DNA of 44,093 nt from Acidovorax sp. (lineage in GTDB: Bacteria; Pseudomonadota; Gammaproteobacteria; Burkholderiales; Burkholderiaceae_C). The stretch's first letter is position 1; each line of letters begins with the position of its first letter. The DNA is taken from NCBI GenBank assembly GCA_039593925.1, contig JBCNOJ010000001.1, positions 1 through 44,093 of the forward strand, read 5' to 3'. Below the pieces are notes generated by a model. It saw nothing but the letters and a program-made list of their open reading frames with translations. It was not told where the DNA came from and ran no database searches. This document shows positions 34,699 through 43,493 of the stretch, piece after piece. The position numbers were made by a program, and so were the translations under genes.

Positions 34699-35589
34699 TC
34701 AAAGGATTTCAGCAAGCATGCGCGCTACGCCTGCCCGCCAGTGCGGCAGTCGCAGGCCGAACGTGTTCTGCAGATGGGCGGCGTTCAGGCGCGAATTGTG
34801 CGGGCGCGCGGCGGGTGTGGGAAACGCAGAGGTGGGCACGGGGGCAACCTCGGTTGCTTTCAATTTGATAGCTGGCTGCGCTTTTACAGAAAGCGCCAGG
34901 ACCTCTTTTGCATACAAATTCCAGTTGGTTTCGCCAGCCGCCGCGCAGTGGTACAGGCCAGCGTCTTTTGGGTGCTGCTGCAGATGCCGGATGGCGTGGG
35001 CCGTCACATCGGCCAGCAGATCGGCACCGGTGGGCGCTCCCCATTGGTCGTCGATAACGGTCAGGCGTTCGCGTTCCTGCGCCAGGCGCAGCATGGTCTT
35101 GGCGAAATTGCCACCGCGGGCGCCATAGACCCAGCTGGTGCGCAGGATGAGGTAGAGGGCGCCTGATTGCTGAATGAGCTGCTCGCCTTCAAGCTTGGTG
35201 CGGCCATACACGCTCAAGGGCGCGGGCGTATCGGTTTCGACCCATGGGCGACTACCGCTGCCGTCGAAGACATAGTCGGTGCTGTAGTGCACCAGCCATG
35301 CGCCCAGCTTGGCGGCCTCTTGGGCAATGGCGCCAGGGGCGGTGGCGTTCAGCGTGCGGGCGAAGTCGGCCTCGCTCTCGGCCTTATCCACGGCAGTGTG
35401 CGCGGCGGCGTTGACGATCACATCGGGGCGCAAGGCGCGCACTGTGTCAGCCACACCTGCCGGGTTGGCAAAGTCACCGCAGTGCTCGGTGCTGTCAAAG
35501 TCAAGCGCAGTGACTGTTCCCAACACCGACAGGCTGCGCTGCAGTTCCCAGCCAACCTGGCCGTTTTTCCCGAACAGCAGGATGTTCAT
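34699..35589 (-). CDS. rmlD: dTDP-4-dehydrorhamnose reductase
   Basis: [38 protein letters not shown] and DQWGAPT. Confidence 0.97.
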   Translation of the reverse strand: MNILLFGKNGQVGWELQRSLSVLGTVTALDFDSTEHCGDFANPAGVADTVRALRPDVIVNAAAHTAVDKAESEADFARTLNATAPGAIAQEAAKLGAWLVHYSTDYVFDGSGSRPWVETDTPAPLSVYGRTKLEGEQLIQQSGALYLILRTSWVYGARGGNFAKTMLRLAQERERLTVIDDQWGAPTGADLLADVTAHAIRHLQQHPKDAGLYHCAAAGETNWNLYAKEVLALSVKAQPAIKLKATEVAPVPTSAFPTPAARPHNSRLNAAHLQNTFGLRLPHWRAGVARMLAEIL

Positions 35590-36674
35590 GCGCTGGCGTC
35601 CGCAACAGCCACAGGCTCCTGTGCATACTGGATCTGCACCCAATCGCGGTAGGCCCCGGTCTGCACGTTGGCCACCCAGTCAGCGTGCTCCAGGTACCAC
35701 TGCACGGTCTTGCGGATGCCGGTGTCGAAGGTTTCGGCGGGCTTCCAGCCCAGTTCGCGCTCGATCTTGCGCGCGTCGATCGCGTAGCGACGGTCGTGGC
35801 CGGGGCGGTCCTTCACGTAGGTGATCTGGGTCTCGTAACTCTGGCCGTCGGCGCGCGGGCGCAGCTCGTCGAGCAGGCTGCAGATCATGTTCACGATCTC
35901 GATGTTGGGCTTCTCGTTCCAGCCACCCACGTTGTAAGTCTGGCCAGGCGCACCAGCCTCCAGCACGCGGCGGATGGCGCTGCAGTGATCTTTCACATAC
36001 AGCCAGTCGCGCACCTGCATGCCGTCGCCGTAAACCGGCAGGTTCTTGCCGGCCAGGGCGTTGACGATCATCAGCGGGATCAGCTTCTCGGGAAAGTGGT
36101 AGGGCCCGTAGTTGTTGCTGCAGTTGGTGGTGAGCACCGGCAAGCCGTAGGTGTGGTGCCATGCACGCACCAAATGGTCGCTGGCGGCCTTGCTGGCGCT
36201 GTACGGGCTGTTGGGCTCGAAGCTGCGGGTTTCGGCGAAGGCCGGGTCGGTGGGCGCAAGCGAGCCGTAGACCTCGTCGGTGGACACGTGCAGAAAGCGA
36301 AAAGCCGCGCGCTCACCCTCGGTCAGGGCGCTCCAGTACGCGCGCACGGCTTCGAGCAGGCGGAACGAGCCGACGATATTGGTCTGGATGAAGTCCTCGG
36401 GTCCGTGGATGGAGCGGTCCACATGCGACTCGGCCGCGAAGTTGACCACCGCACGGGGCTTGTGCTCGGCCAACAAGCGCGTCAGCAGCGCGGTGTCGCC
36501 GATGTCGCCCTGCACAAAAGTGTGGCGGGGGTCGCCCTGAATGCCATCCAGGTTGTGCAGATTGCCCGCGTAGGTGAGCTTGTCGAGGTTGACGACCGGC
36601 TCGCTGGAAGTGGCGAGCCAATCAAGGACGAAGTTGGCGCCGATGAAACCTGCGCCGCCAGTAACCAGAATCAT
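35586..36674 (-). CDS. rmlB: dTDP-glucose 4,6-dehydratase
   Basis: [41 protein letters not shown] and DRPGHDRRY. Confidence 0.98.
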   Translation of the reverse strand: MILVTGGAGFIGANFVLDWLATSSEPVVNLDKLTYAGNLHNLDGIQGDPRHTFVQGDIGDTALLTRLLAEHKPRAVVNFAAESHVDRSIHGPEDFIQTNIVGSFRLLEAVRAYWSALTEGERAAFRFLHVSTDEVYGSLAPTDPAFAETRSFEPNSPYSASKAASDHLVRAWHHTYGLPVLTTNCSNNYGPYHFPEKLIPLMIVNALAGKNLPVYGDGMQVRDWLYVKDHCSAIRRVLEAGAPGQTYNVGGWNEKPNIEIVNMICSLLDELRPRADGQSYETQITYVKDRPGHDRRYAIDARKIERELGWKPAETFDTGIRKTVQWYLEHADWVANVQTGAYRDWVQIQYAQEPVAVADASA

Positions 36675-36782
36675 GGGTGGGCTGTGTGAAATGCCAACTC
36701 GGCAGAGCCGGGGATTATCCCACCCTCCCCATGGACCCGGTAACAGAGTTCAACGGACCGCCCAGCAAAGCGCCGCCGGCCG

Positions 36783-38771
36783 TCAGAAATGAATGCCGCG
36801 CATCATCTGCTGCAGCGCCACCGCCTCGGCCGAAAGCTGTGGCTTGGCGTCTTTGCCGCCACCCTTGGCTGCAGTGGAATCCGGGAACATCCGGAAGCTT
36901 GTGTTCATGGTGATCTGCGCCACCCGCGGCACCAGCGCATGCAGGATCTGCCCGGTGATGCCAAGGCGCGTGGCGATGCGCACCGGCTTGAAGATGCAGG
37001 CCTGGGCGATCATGTCGGCCGCCTCCTCTGGGCTCAACGTGGGTACGTTGTTGTAAATCTTGGTGGGCGCAATCATGGGCGTGCGTACCAGCGGCATGTT
37101 GATGGTGGTGAAGGTGATGCCCTGGTCGGCAAACTCGCTGGACGCGCAGCGCGTCCAGGCATCCAGCGCCGCCTTGCTGGCCACGTAAGCCGAAAAGCGC
37201 GGGGCATTGGTCAGCACGCCGATGGAGCTGATGTTCACCACATGGCCCTTGCGCTTGGCGACCATGCCTGGCAGGAAACCCATGGTCACGCGCAGGCAGC
37301 CAAAGTAGTTCAGCTGCATGGTGCGCTCGTAGTCGTGGAAGCGGTCGTAGCTCGACTCGATGGCGCGGCGGATGGAGCGGCCCGCGTTGTTGATGAGAAA
37401 GTCCACGCCACCGTGGTTGTCGATGAGCAACTGCACGAACCGGTCGCAGTCGGCCATGTCGGCAATGTCGGCCGAATACGCAATGAACTGATAGCCCCGG
37501 GCTTTGGCCTCGGCACACGCTTCATCGAGTTTGTCCTGGTCGCGGCCGCAGATGATGGTGGTGGCACCCGCCTCTGCAAATTTGTGCGCAGCGGCCAAGC
37601 CGATGCCGGAAGACCCGCCGGTAATGAGCACGACCTTGCCAGCCACCGTGCCCTTGAGCGTGCGGTCAATGAACAACTCGGGGTCCAGGTTGCGTTCCCA
37701 GTAGTCCCACAGGCGCCAGGCATAGTCCTTGAGGTTGGGGCACGAGACGCCTGAGCCCTTGAGCGCCGCCAACGTTTCGCGGCAATCGAAGCGCGTGGGG
37801 TAGTTCACGAAGGTGAGCATGTCCTCAGGCAGTCCGAGGTCCTTCATGACGGCGTTGCGCACGCGGCGCACAGGTGCCATGGCCATCAGGCTCTTCTTCA
37901 CACTCTTGGGAATGAAGCCCAGCAGTGCAGCGTTGACGAACAGGTTCATGCGCGGCGCATGGGCGGCGCGGCTGAAGATGTCCAGCACATCACCCACGCG
38001 GTAACCCACCGGGTCCACCAGGTGGTAGCACTTCTTGCCAATGTCCTTCTGGTGGCTGATGACGTTGAGTGCGTTGACCACGAAGTCCACCGGCACGATG
38101 TTGACGCGCCCGCCCTCCAGCCCCACGGTGGGCATCCAGGGCGGCAGCAGCTGGCGCAGGCGCTGGATGAGCTTGAAGAAGTAGTAAGGGCCGTCGATCT
38201 TGTCCATCTCGCCGCTCTGGCTGTCGCCCACCACCATCGCGGGGCGGTACACCGTCCAAGGCACCTTGCAATCGTGGCGCACGATTTTTTCGCTCTCGTG
38301 CTTGGTCTGGAAGTACGGATGATCCAGGCCTTCGGCCTCGTCGAACATGTCCTCGCGGAACACGCCTTCGTACAAACCGGCGGCGGCGATGGACGAGACA
38401 TGGTGAAAGTGGCCAGCATCGATGGCCTTGGCCAGATCGATCGTGTTGCGCGTGCCCTCAATGTTCACGGCCACCTGGGTCTCTTTGTCGGCCCCCAGAT
38501 CGTAGACCGCGGCCAGGTGGTGGAAGTGATCGATCTGGCCCTTGAGCTTCTTGATGTCGTCCGTCGACACACCGAGCTTTTTGGCGGTGAGGTCGCCATA
38601 CACCGGCACGGCGCGGGCAGCCGTCACACCCCAGTAGCTGCGCAGGTCGGCCACCTTGTCTGCACTTTCCTTGCGGATCAGGAAGTGAACCACCGCCCCC
38701 TTGCGCTCCAGCAGCTTCTTGACCAACCGCTTGCCAATGAACCCCGTTGCCCCCGTCACGAAATACTGCAT
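36783..38771 (-). CDS. Two-domain SDR, fatty acyl-CoA reductase-like
   Basis: N-terminal extended SDR (VTGATGFIG, HLAAVYD, YFQTK) and C-terminal classical SDR (TGGSSGIG, NNAGRSIRR, RFHDYERTMQLNYFG, YVASK, MPLVRTPMIAPT), matching the Acr1-like C-domain pattern. SD GAGGAG before ATG 38771. Confidence 0.85.
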   Translation of the reverse strand: MQYFVTGATGFIGKRLVKKLLERKGAVVHFLIRKESADKVADLRSYWGVTAARAVPVYGDLTAKKLGVSTDDIKKLKGQIDHFHHLAAVYDLGADKETQVAVNIEGTRNTIDLAKAIDAGHFHHVSSIAAAGLYEGVFREDMFDEAEGLDHPYFQTKHESEKIVRHDCKVPWTVYRPAMVVGDSQSGEMDKIDGPYYFFKLIQRLRQLLPPWMPTVGLEGGRVNIVPVDFVVNALNVISHQKDIGKKCYHLVDPVGYRVGDVLDIFSRAAHAPRMNLFVNAALLGFIPKSVKKSLMAMAPVRRVRNAVMKDLGLPEDMLTFVNYPTRFDCRETLAALKGSGVSCPNLKDYAWRLWDYWERNLDPELFIDRTLKGTVAGKVVLITGGSSGIGLAAAHKFAEAGATTIICGRDQDKLDEACAEAKARGYQFIAYSADIADMADCDRFVQLLIDNHGGVDFLINNAGRSIRRAIESSYDRFHDYERTMQLNYFGCLRVTMGFLPGMVAKRKGHVVNISSIGVLTNAPRFSAYVASKAALDAWTRCASSEFADQGITFTTINMPLVRTPMIAPTKIYNNVPTLSPEEAADMIAQACIFKPVRIATRLGITGQILHALVPRVAQITMNTSFRMFPDSTAAKGGGKDAKPQLSAEAVALQQMMRGIHF

Positions 38772-38996
38772 GGATAACTCCTCTGAGATGGCTTCATTCT
38801 TGCGCAAGGCCTGCGCGCGCCGATTCAGCAGAAACCCGCGCCGCTGCAGGCTCCCTGGGCCTGGCGGCTAGATGGCACGCTCTACATTTTTAGGATCGCA
38901 CGCCTACACCTGGCGTTCGGTGCGGCGTACAGTGCGGCCATGCGTCGAAGGCATCCCTGCCGCGGCAAACCCAACCCACCCCATCACGGAGGCCCC

Positions 38997-39590
38997 ATGG
39001 TCAAGAAACTGCAGAAACTCAGCGCCGACAAGAAAAAGAGCAACGCCCAACTCTCCAGCACCGTCAAGGACTCCGCGCAGCAAATCTGGCTGGCCGGCCT
39101 GGGCGCTTTCTCCAAGGCACAGGAAGAAGGCGGCAAGGTGTTTGAGGCCTTGGTCAAGGAAGGTCTGACCATCCAGCGCAAGACCCAGGCCGTGGCCGAA
39201 GAAAAGATCACCGAAGCGACCAGCCGCGTGACCACCATGGCCAGCGACATCGGCTCCAAGGCGCAGGGCCAATGGGACAAGCTGGAGAACATCTTCGAAG
39301 ACCGCGTGGCGAAGGCGCTGGCCAAACTGGGCGTGCCCTCGGCCCGCGACCTGGAAGCCCTGAGCGCCCGCGTAGACGCGCTGGCCAAGGGCAGCAAGGC
39401 AGCGCCTGCTAAGGCTGCGGCCAAGCCCGCGGCCAAGGCGCCGGCCAAAAAAGCTGCAGCCAAAAAGGCCGCCCCCGCCAAGGCGGCAGCCAAGCCCGCT
39501 GCCAAGAAGGCACCCGCCAAAAAAGCTGCCGCCAAAAAGCCCGCTGCCCGCGCTGCAGAGGGCAGCACCGGCAATTCGTCCGCCAGCTGA
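38997..39590 (+). CDS. Phasin / polyhydroxyalkanoate granule-associated protein (PhaF-like) with histone H1-like tail
   Basis: SAQQIWLAGLGAF, WDKLENIFEDRVAKALAKLGVPS and a C-terminal AKP-rich tail. SD GGAGG before ATG 38997. Confidence 0.9.
   Translation: MVKKLQKLSADKKKSNAQLSSTVKDSAQQIWLAGLGAFSKAQEEGGKVFEALVKEGLTIQRKTQAVAEEKITEATSRVTTMASDIGSKAQGQWDKLENIFEDRVAKALAKLGVPSARDLEALSARVDALAKGSKAAPAKAAAKPAAKAPAKKAAAKKAAPAKAAAKPAAKKAPAKKAAAKKPAARAAEGSTGNSSAS
39396..39549 (+). repeat. Degenerate coding repeats (KAAAK/KPAAK/KAPAK) in the phasin tail
   Basis: Repeated gccaag/gccaaaaaa units encoding KAAPAKAAAKPAAKAPAKKAAAKK twice with minor variation. Confidence 0.85.
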
Positions 39591-39650
39591 TCTACGGGTT
39601 TGACGGACACGCGGCGCGCCATCGCACCGCCCCCATCACCTTGACGGCAC

Positions 39651-39690
39651 AACGGCCAACGCGCACTGCGTGTTGGCCGTTTTTGTTTTG
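39651..39690 (+). terminator. Rho-independent terminator after the phasin gene
   Basis: aacggccaacgcgca-c-tgcgtgttggccgtt followed by tttgtttt. Confidence 0.8.
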
Positions 39691-39787
39691 GCAAACGCCG
39701 CCTGCTGCGCTACAAGCAGCATTGGTGCTTTGAGCACACTGTGCGCGTGGCGTTGCAGCGAGGCTCTGGCAATCTGACCAGCGCCGT

Positions 39788-39810
39788 GAAATGCGGCAGT
39801 GCAGCATTTC
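39788..39810. promoter_or_regulatory. PhaR-box-like palindrome upstream of the TetR gene
   Basis: gaaatgcggcagtgcagcatttc (reverse: gaaatgctgcactgccgcatttc), a TGC/GCA-rich dyad. A weaker copy tgctgcgctacaagcagca lies at ~39703-39721. Confidence 0.5.
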
Positions 39811-39880
39811 GGCGTGGGTTAGAGTAGCCACCAGAGACATTGCAACAACGACACACAACGACGCGAAGGGGCCCGCACAC

Positions 39881-40543
39881 ATGGTGAAGAAAGCGCCACG
39901 CCGCACCGCAGAACGCATCCTGGAAGTGACGCTCGACCTGTTCAACCGGTTCGGCGAACCCAATGTCTCCACCACCCTGATTTCGGCCGAGCTGCGCATC
40001 AGCCCCGGCAACCTCTACTACCACTACCCCGCCAAGGACGAGCTGATCAACGCGCTGTTTGATCGCTACGAACACTCGCTCACCGAGTTGCTGGCAGCCG
40101 CCGATGGCGTGCGCAATGTGGAGGACGCGTGGTTCTTCATGCACACGCTGTTCGAGCTGATCTGGCAATACCGTTTTTTGTACCGCGACCTCAACGACCT
40201 GCTCTCCAAGAACCGGCGGCTGGAAACGCACTTCCAGGCCATCCTCAAGAACAAGACCCGCGCCGTGCGCACGATGCTCGACGGCATGGGCCGCGCCGAC
40301 ACCCTGCACATCGACTCGCGCGAACTGGAGGCCACCGCCACCAGCATGGTGGTGGTGCTGACCTACTGGCTGAGCTTTGAATACGTGCGCGACCCGCGCC
40401 GAGCGCTGGAGCCCGAAAGCGCCCAGGCCGCTCTGATGCGCGGCGCCCACCATGTGCTGAACCTGCTCATGCCTTACCTGGAAAGCAGCCAGCGCGCCCA
40501 CCTGCTGCAATTGGTGGGGGCCTACGCAGCCCCACCCGGCTGA
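39881..40543 (+). CDS. TetR-family transcriptional regulator (PhaD-like)
   Basis: RTAERILEVTLDLFNRFGEPNVSTTLISAELRISPGNLYYHYPAKDEL HTH and LFELIWQYRFLYRDL; adjacent to the phasin gene. Confidence 0.9.
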   Translation: MVKKAPRRTAERILEVTLDLFNRFGEPNVSTTLISAELRISPGNLYYHYPAKDELINALFDRYEHSLTELLAAADGVRNVEDAWFFMHTLFELIWQYRFLYRDLNDLLSKNRRLETHFQAILKNKTRAVRTMLDGMGRADTLHIDSRELEATATSMVVVLTYWLSFEYVRDPRRALEPESAQAALMRGAHHVLNLLMPYLESSQRAHLLQLVGAYAAPPG

Positions 40544-40597
40544 AACCGCTGCATTGCCAAACAACAACATCTCAGACGACCGACAGGAGACAACACC

Positions 40598-41374
40598 ATG
40601 CCCAAATGGACCCCTTTTCCCCACGCAGGCGACTATGCCTTTGACGCCAACAGCGTGAAGAAGCAATGGGCGCGCCTGCACAGCGGCGATGCAGAGCCGT
40701 GCCCCAAGGACGCCGCTGTGCTACAAGCCTGGGCGCTGTTTCACAACGGCGATTTTGAGAAGGCTGCGGCGGCGGGGCTGGCGGCTGGCGGGGCTGGCAT
40801 TACCGTAGCCAACAAGGCCACGGCGATCTACGCCAACTACCTCGAACAAAAGGAAAAGACGCGCCTGGACCTGTTCACTCAAGTGGCCGAACGCGCCGAA
40901 GCCCAAGCCGCTGCGGAGCCCGACAACGCCAACGCCTGGTACTGGCACGCCTACGCGCTGGGCCGCTACAGCCAGGGCATCAGCGTGGCCAAGGCGCTGG
41001 CGCAGGGGCTGGGCGGCAAGGTGAAAGAGTCGCTGGAGAAAGCCATTGCGCTGTCGCCCAAACACGCCGATGCGCGCATTGCGCTGGGCGCATTCCATGC
41101 CGAGGTGATCGACAAAGTGGGCTCGCTCATCGGCGGCATGACCTATGGCGCCAAGAAAGACACGGGACTCAAACTGTTTCAGGAAGCGCTCAAGCTCAAC
41201 CCGGGCTCGGCCATCGGCATGATCGAATACGCCAATGCGCTTGTCATGCTCGAAGGCGACAAGAAGATGCAGGACGCCACCGTGCTCTATGAGAAGGCGG
41301 CAGCCAGTGAGCCAGCGGACGCCATGGAGCGGCTGGATGTGGAGATGGCGCGTGCAGAACTCGAAGAAGAATAG
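40598..41374 (+). CDS. Conserved all-helical TPR-like protein of unknown function
   Basis: SD AGGAG, host-like codon usage, TPR-like segments (NAWYWHAYALGRY, LEKAIALSPKHADARIALG, FQEALKLNPGS). Confidence 0.78.
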   Translation: MPKWTPFPHAGDYAFDANSVKKQWARLHSGDAEPCPKDAAVLQAWALFHNGDFEKAAAAGLAAGGAGITVANKATAIYANYLEQKEKTRLDLFTQVAERAEAQAAAEPDNANAWYWHAYALGRYSQGISVAKALAQGLGGKVKESLEKAIALSPKHADARIALGAFHAEVIDKVGSLIGGMTYGAKKDTGLKLFQEALKLNPGSAIGMIEYANALVMLEGDKKMQDATVLYEKAAASEPADAMERLDVEMARAELEEE

Positions 41375-41404
41375 AGTGCATCTCCCTAAGCACGTGTTTA
41401 CGGT

Positions 41405-41425
41405 GTAAGGCGCGTTGCGCCTTAC
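41405..41425. terminator. Hairpin between convergent genes (terminator or REP-like palindrome)
   Basis: gtaaggcgc-gtt-gcgccttac, a perfect 9-bp stem with no clear U tract. Confidence 0.5.
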
Positions 41426-41457
41426 CCTTCTCTCGAATCGCGTCTGCCGCGGCAGCC

Positions 41458-42225
41458 TCAGCTCCCCAACCGCCGCGCTGCAATCTCCAGCAGGCCATCA
41501 AAAATCAAGTTGTCCACCAGCTCGAAGGGGCGCGTCATGCTGGGCGCCATCTTCCAGCCTGCGCCACCGGTCATGAGGCAGGCGGGCTCCTGGCCGCAGT
41601 GCTGGATCACGTGTTGCACCATGCGCTCCACGGCGCCTGCGATGGCATAGGTGCCGCCGCTGGTCAGGGCGTCGCTGGTGTTGGTGGGGAACAGGCGCAC
41701 CTCACCCGTGGGCACATGCAGGCCGGCCGTGCCAGATTCGAGCGCGCGCAGCATGATGCCGTGGCCGGGCAGGATGAGGCCGCCCATGAAGCGGCCCTCG
41801 GTGTCGATGCACTCCACCGTCACCGCCGTGCCCACCATCACCACCACCAGCGGCCGCGCAGGGCCTTGCGCCAGCACATGGTGGCGTGCGCCGATCATGG
41901 CAACCCAGCGGTCTGACCCCAGGCGCGAGGGGTGGTCGTATCCGTTGGTCAGCCCTGCCTCTTCGGCAGACGACACCACCCAGGATGGCGTGACGTCCCA
42001 GATTTCCATTTGCTCCTGCACCCGGCGTTTGACCGCGTCTCCGGCCACCACACAGCCGAGCATGCGCTGGGGATGGGGCAACGTGGCCCAACTGGTTTCG
42101 GCCAGCCGATCAATGTGGTCCAGAAACTCGGCGCCGTGCGTCAAGAGCGCAGCCCCAGGGCGGGGAGCGTCGTACAACGCCCACTTGAGACGTGTGTTGC
42201 CGACGTCGATGGCCAGAAAAGTCAT
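41458..42225 (-). CDS. coaX: Type III pantothenate kinase
   Basis: [36 protein letters not shown] and TGG. Start MTFLAID at 42225. Confidence 0.95.
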   Translation of the reverse strand: MTFLAIDVGNTRLKWALYDAPRPGAALLTHGAEFLDHIDRLAETSWATLPHPQRMLGCVVAGDAVKRRVQEQMEIWDVTPSWVVSSAEEAGLTNGYDHPSRLGSDRWVAMIGARHHVLAQGPARPLVVVMVGTAVTVECIDTEGRFMGGLILPGHGIMLRALESGTAGLHVPTGEVRLFPTNTSDALTSGGTYAIAGAVERMVQHVIQHCGQEPACLMTGGAGWKMAPSMTRPFELVDNLIFDGLLEIAARRLGS

Positions 42226-42412
42226 GCGGCGGATTATCCCGAGTTTTGGCCATGCGGCTGGCCGGAGGGCGACACCGCACGCACCCACCGTGCCTGCTCC
42301 GCCGCCGGCTCGACAATGTGAAAAATCGTTTCGCGCGCCCGTCCGACACGCCAGCGCCCTGCATTGCCGCTAAAGTGGCCGGTCCCGTTTCTGCAACATT
42401 AGGAGGTACCAC

Positions 42413-42907
42413 ATGGGTCTTTTCAGTTTCATCAAAGAAGCCGGTGAAAAGCTGTTTGGCGGCAAAGAAGCGCAGGCAGCCCCCGCAGCGGCAGCAGCAC
42501 CCTCGCAGGACGAGCTCAATGCCAAGGCCGCCAAGGCCATAGAGACCTACATCGCATCGCAAAACCTCGGCGCCACCGATGTGAAAGTGGTGTTTGACGG
42601 TACTCAGGGTAAGGTCACGGTGCACGGCGCAGCGCCCACCCAGGCCGCCAAGGAAAAGGTCACTTTGTGTTGCGGCAACGTGGCCAGCGTGACCAGCGTG
42701 GACAACCAGATGACGGTGACCAACCCCGAGCCCGAAGCGCAGTACCACGACGTGGTGCGCGGCGACACGCTCAGCGCCATTGCCAAAAAGTTCTATGGCG
42801 ACGCCAACAAGTACCCTGTGATCTTTGAGGCCAACAAGCCCATGCTCACCCACCCCGACAAGATCTACCCCGGCCAGAAGCTGCGCATTCCTCCGCTGGC
42901 CAAGTAA
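42413..42907 (+). CDS. kbp: BON + LysM domain protein (Kbp/YgaU potassium-binding family)
   Basis: MGLFSFIKEAGEKLF, BON domain, and LysM VVRGDTLSAIAKKFYGDANKYPVIFEANKPML.HPDKIYPGQKLRIP. SD AGGAGG. Confidence 0.9.
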   Translation: MGLFSFIKEAGEKLFGGKEAQAAPAAAAAPSQDELNAKAAKAIETYIASQNLGATDVKVVFDGTQGKVTVHGAAPTQAAKEKVTLCCGNVASVTSVDNQMTVTNPEPEAQYHDVVRGDTLSAIAKKFYGDANKYPVIFEANKPMLTHPDKIYPGQKLRIPPLAK

Positions 42908-42916
42908 CTACGCCAC

Positions 42917-42978
42917 TTCAAGCCAAAAGAGCTGCCAGCGCTTTATTCTCAAGCGCTCACAGCTCTTTTTTGATAGCA
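42917..42978 (+). repeat. REP-like ~62 bp intergenic palindromic element (copy 2)
   Basis: ttcaagccaaaagagctgccagcgctttattctcaagcgctcacagctcttttttgatagca, with nested arms aaaagagctg/cagctctttt and agcgctt/aagcgct. Homologous to 10309-10370. Confidence 0.72.
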
Positions 42979-43063
42979 AATCTCATCAGTAGCCTGCCCT
43001 GCGGGCAAAAACCCTTTTCCATCGGCTGGGCCGTGCGTGACGGCGCCGCTCAGGCGCAGGCCA

Positions 43064-43486
43064 TCAGCCCTGCTTCCACGGCAGGCCATGAAAGCGCCAG
43101 CCACCGCGCTTGCCGCGCTGGCCCTGTGCATCGGCATCGCCTTCAAAACCTTCGAGGATGTTGTACGCCGTGATGCCCAGTTCGGTGGCGCGGCGCGCTG
43201 CCGCGATGGAGCGCACACCGCTGCGGCACAGCAGCACGGCGGGCGTGCCGGTGGGCACGGCAGCGCGCACCTGCGCGTCGAAATCTGCGTTCATCGCCAT
43301 GCCCGGCCACTGCTTCCAGGCCAAGGCGGCAGCGCCGGGCACGTACCCCACCCACTCGCGTTCTGCATCGCTGCGCACGTCCACAAGCACGGCTTGCCCG
43401 GCTTGCACCCATTGCCAGGCTTGCTGCGGCGTGATGTCGCCTGCATAGCCATCGGCGGGAGAAATGTTGGCTGGGGTCATCGTCAT
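43064..43486 (-). CDS. Single-domain rhodanese-like sulfurtransferase
   Basis: LVDVRSDAEREWVG, LLCRSGVRS active-site loop, NILEGFEG and GWRFHGLPW. Confidence 0.9.
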   Translation of the reverse strand: MTMTPANISPADGYAGDITPQQAWQWVQAGQAVLVDVRSDAEREWVGYVPGAAALAWKQWPGMAMNADFDAQVRAAVPTGTPAVLLCRSGVRSIAAARRATELGITAYNILEGFEGDADAQGQRGKRGGWRFHGLPWKQG

Positions 43487-43493
43487 GGTCCTT

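Noticed and set aside
36675-36782. JUMPStart/ops element upstream of rmlB
   Set aside because: No GGCGGTAG-type ops motif found; only a GATAAT -10-like hexamer.
39396-39549. Possible CRISPR or tandem DNA repeat array
   Set aside because: Degenerate coding repeats with no constant repeat-spacer structure.
38984-39694. 236-aa minus-strand ORF with AAFLA repeats
   Set aside because: Antisense of the phasin AKP-rich tail.
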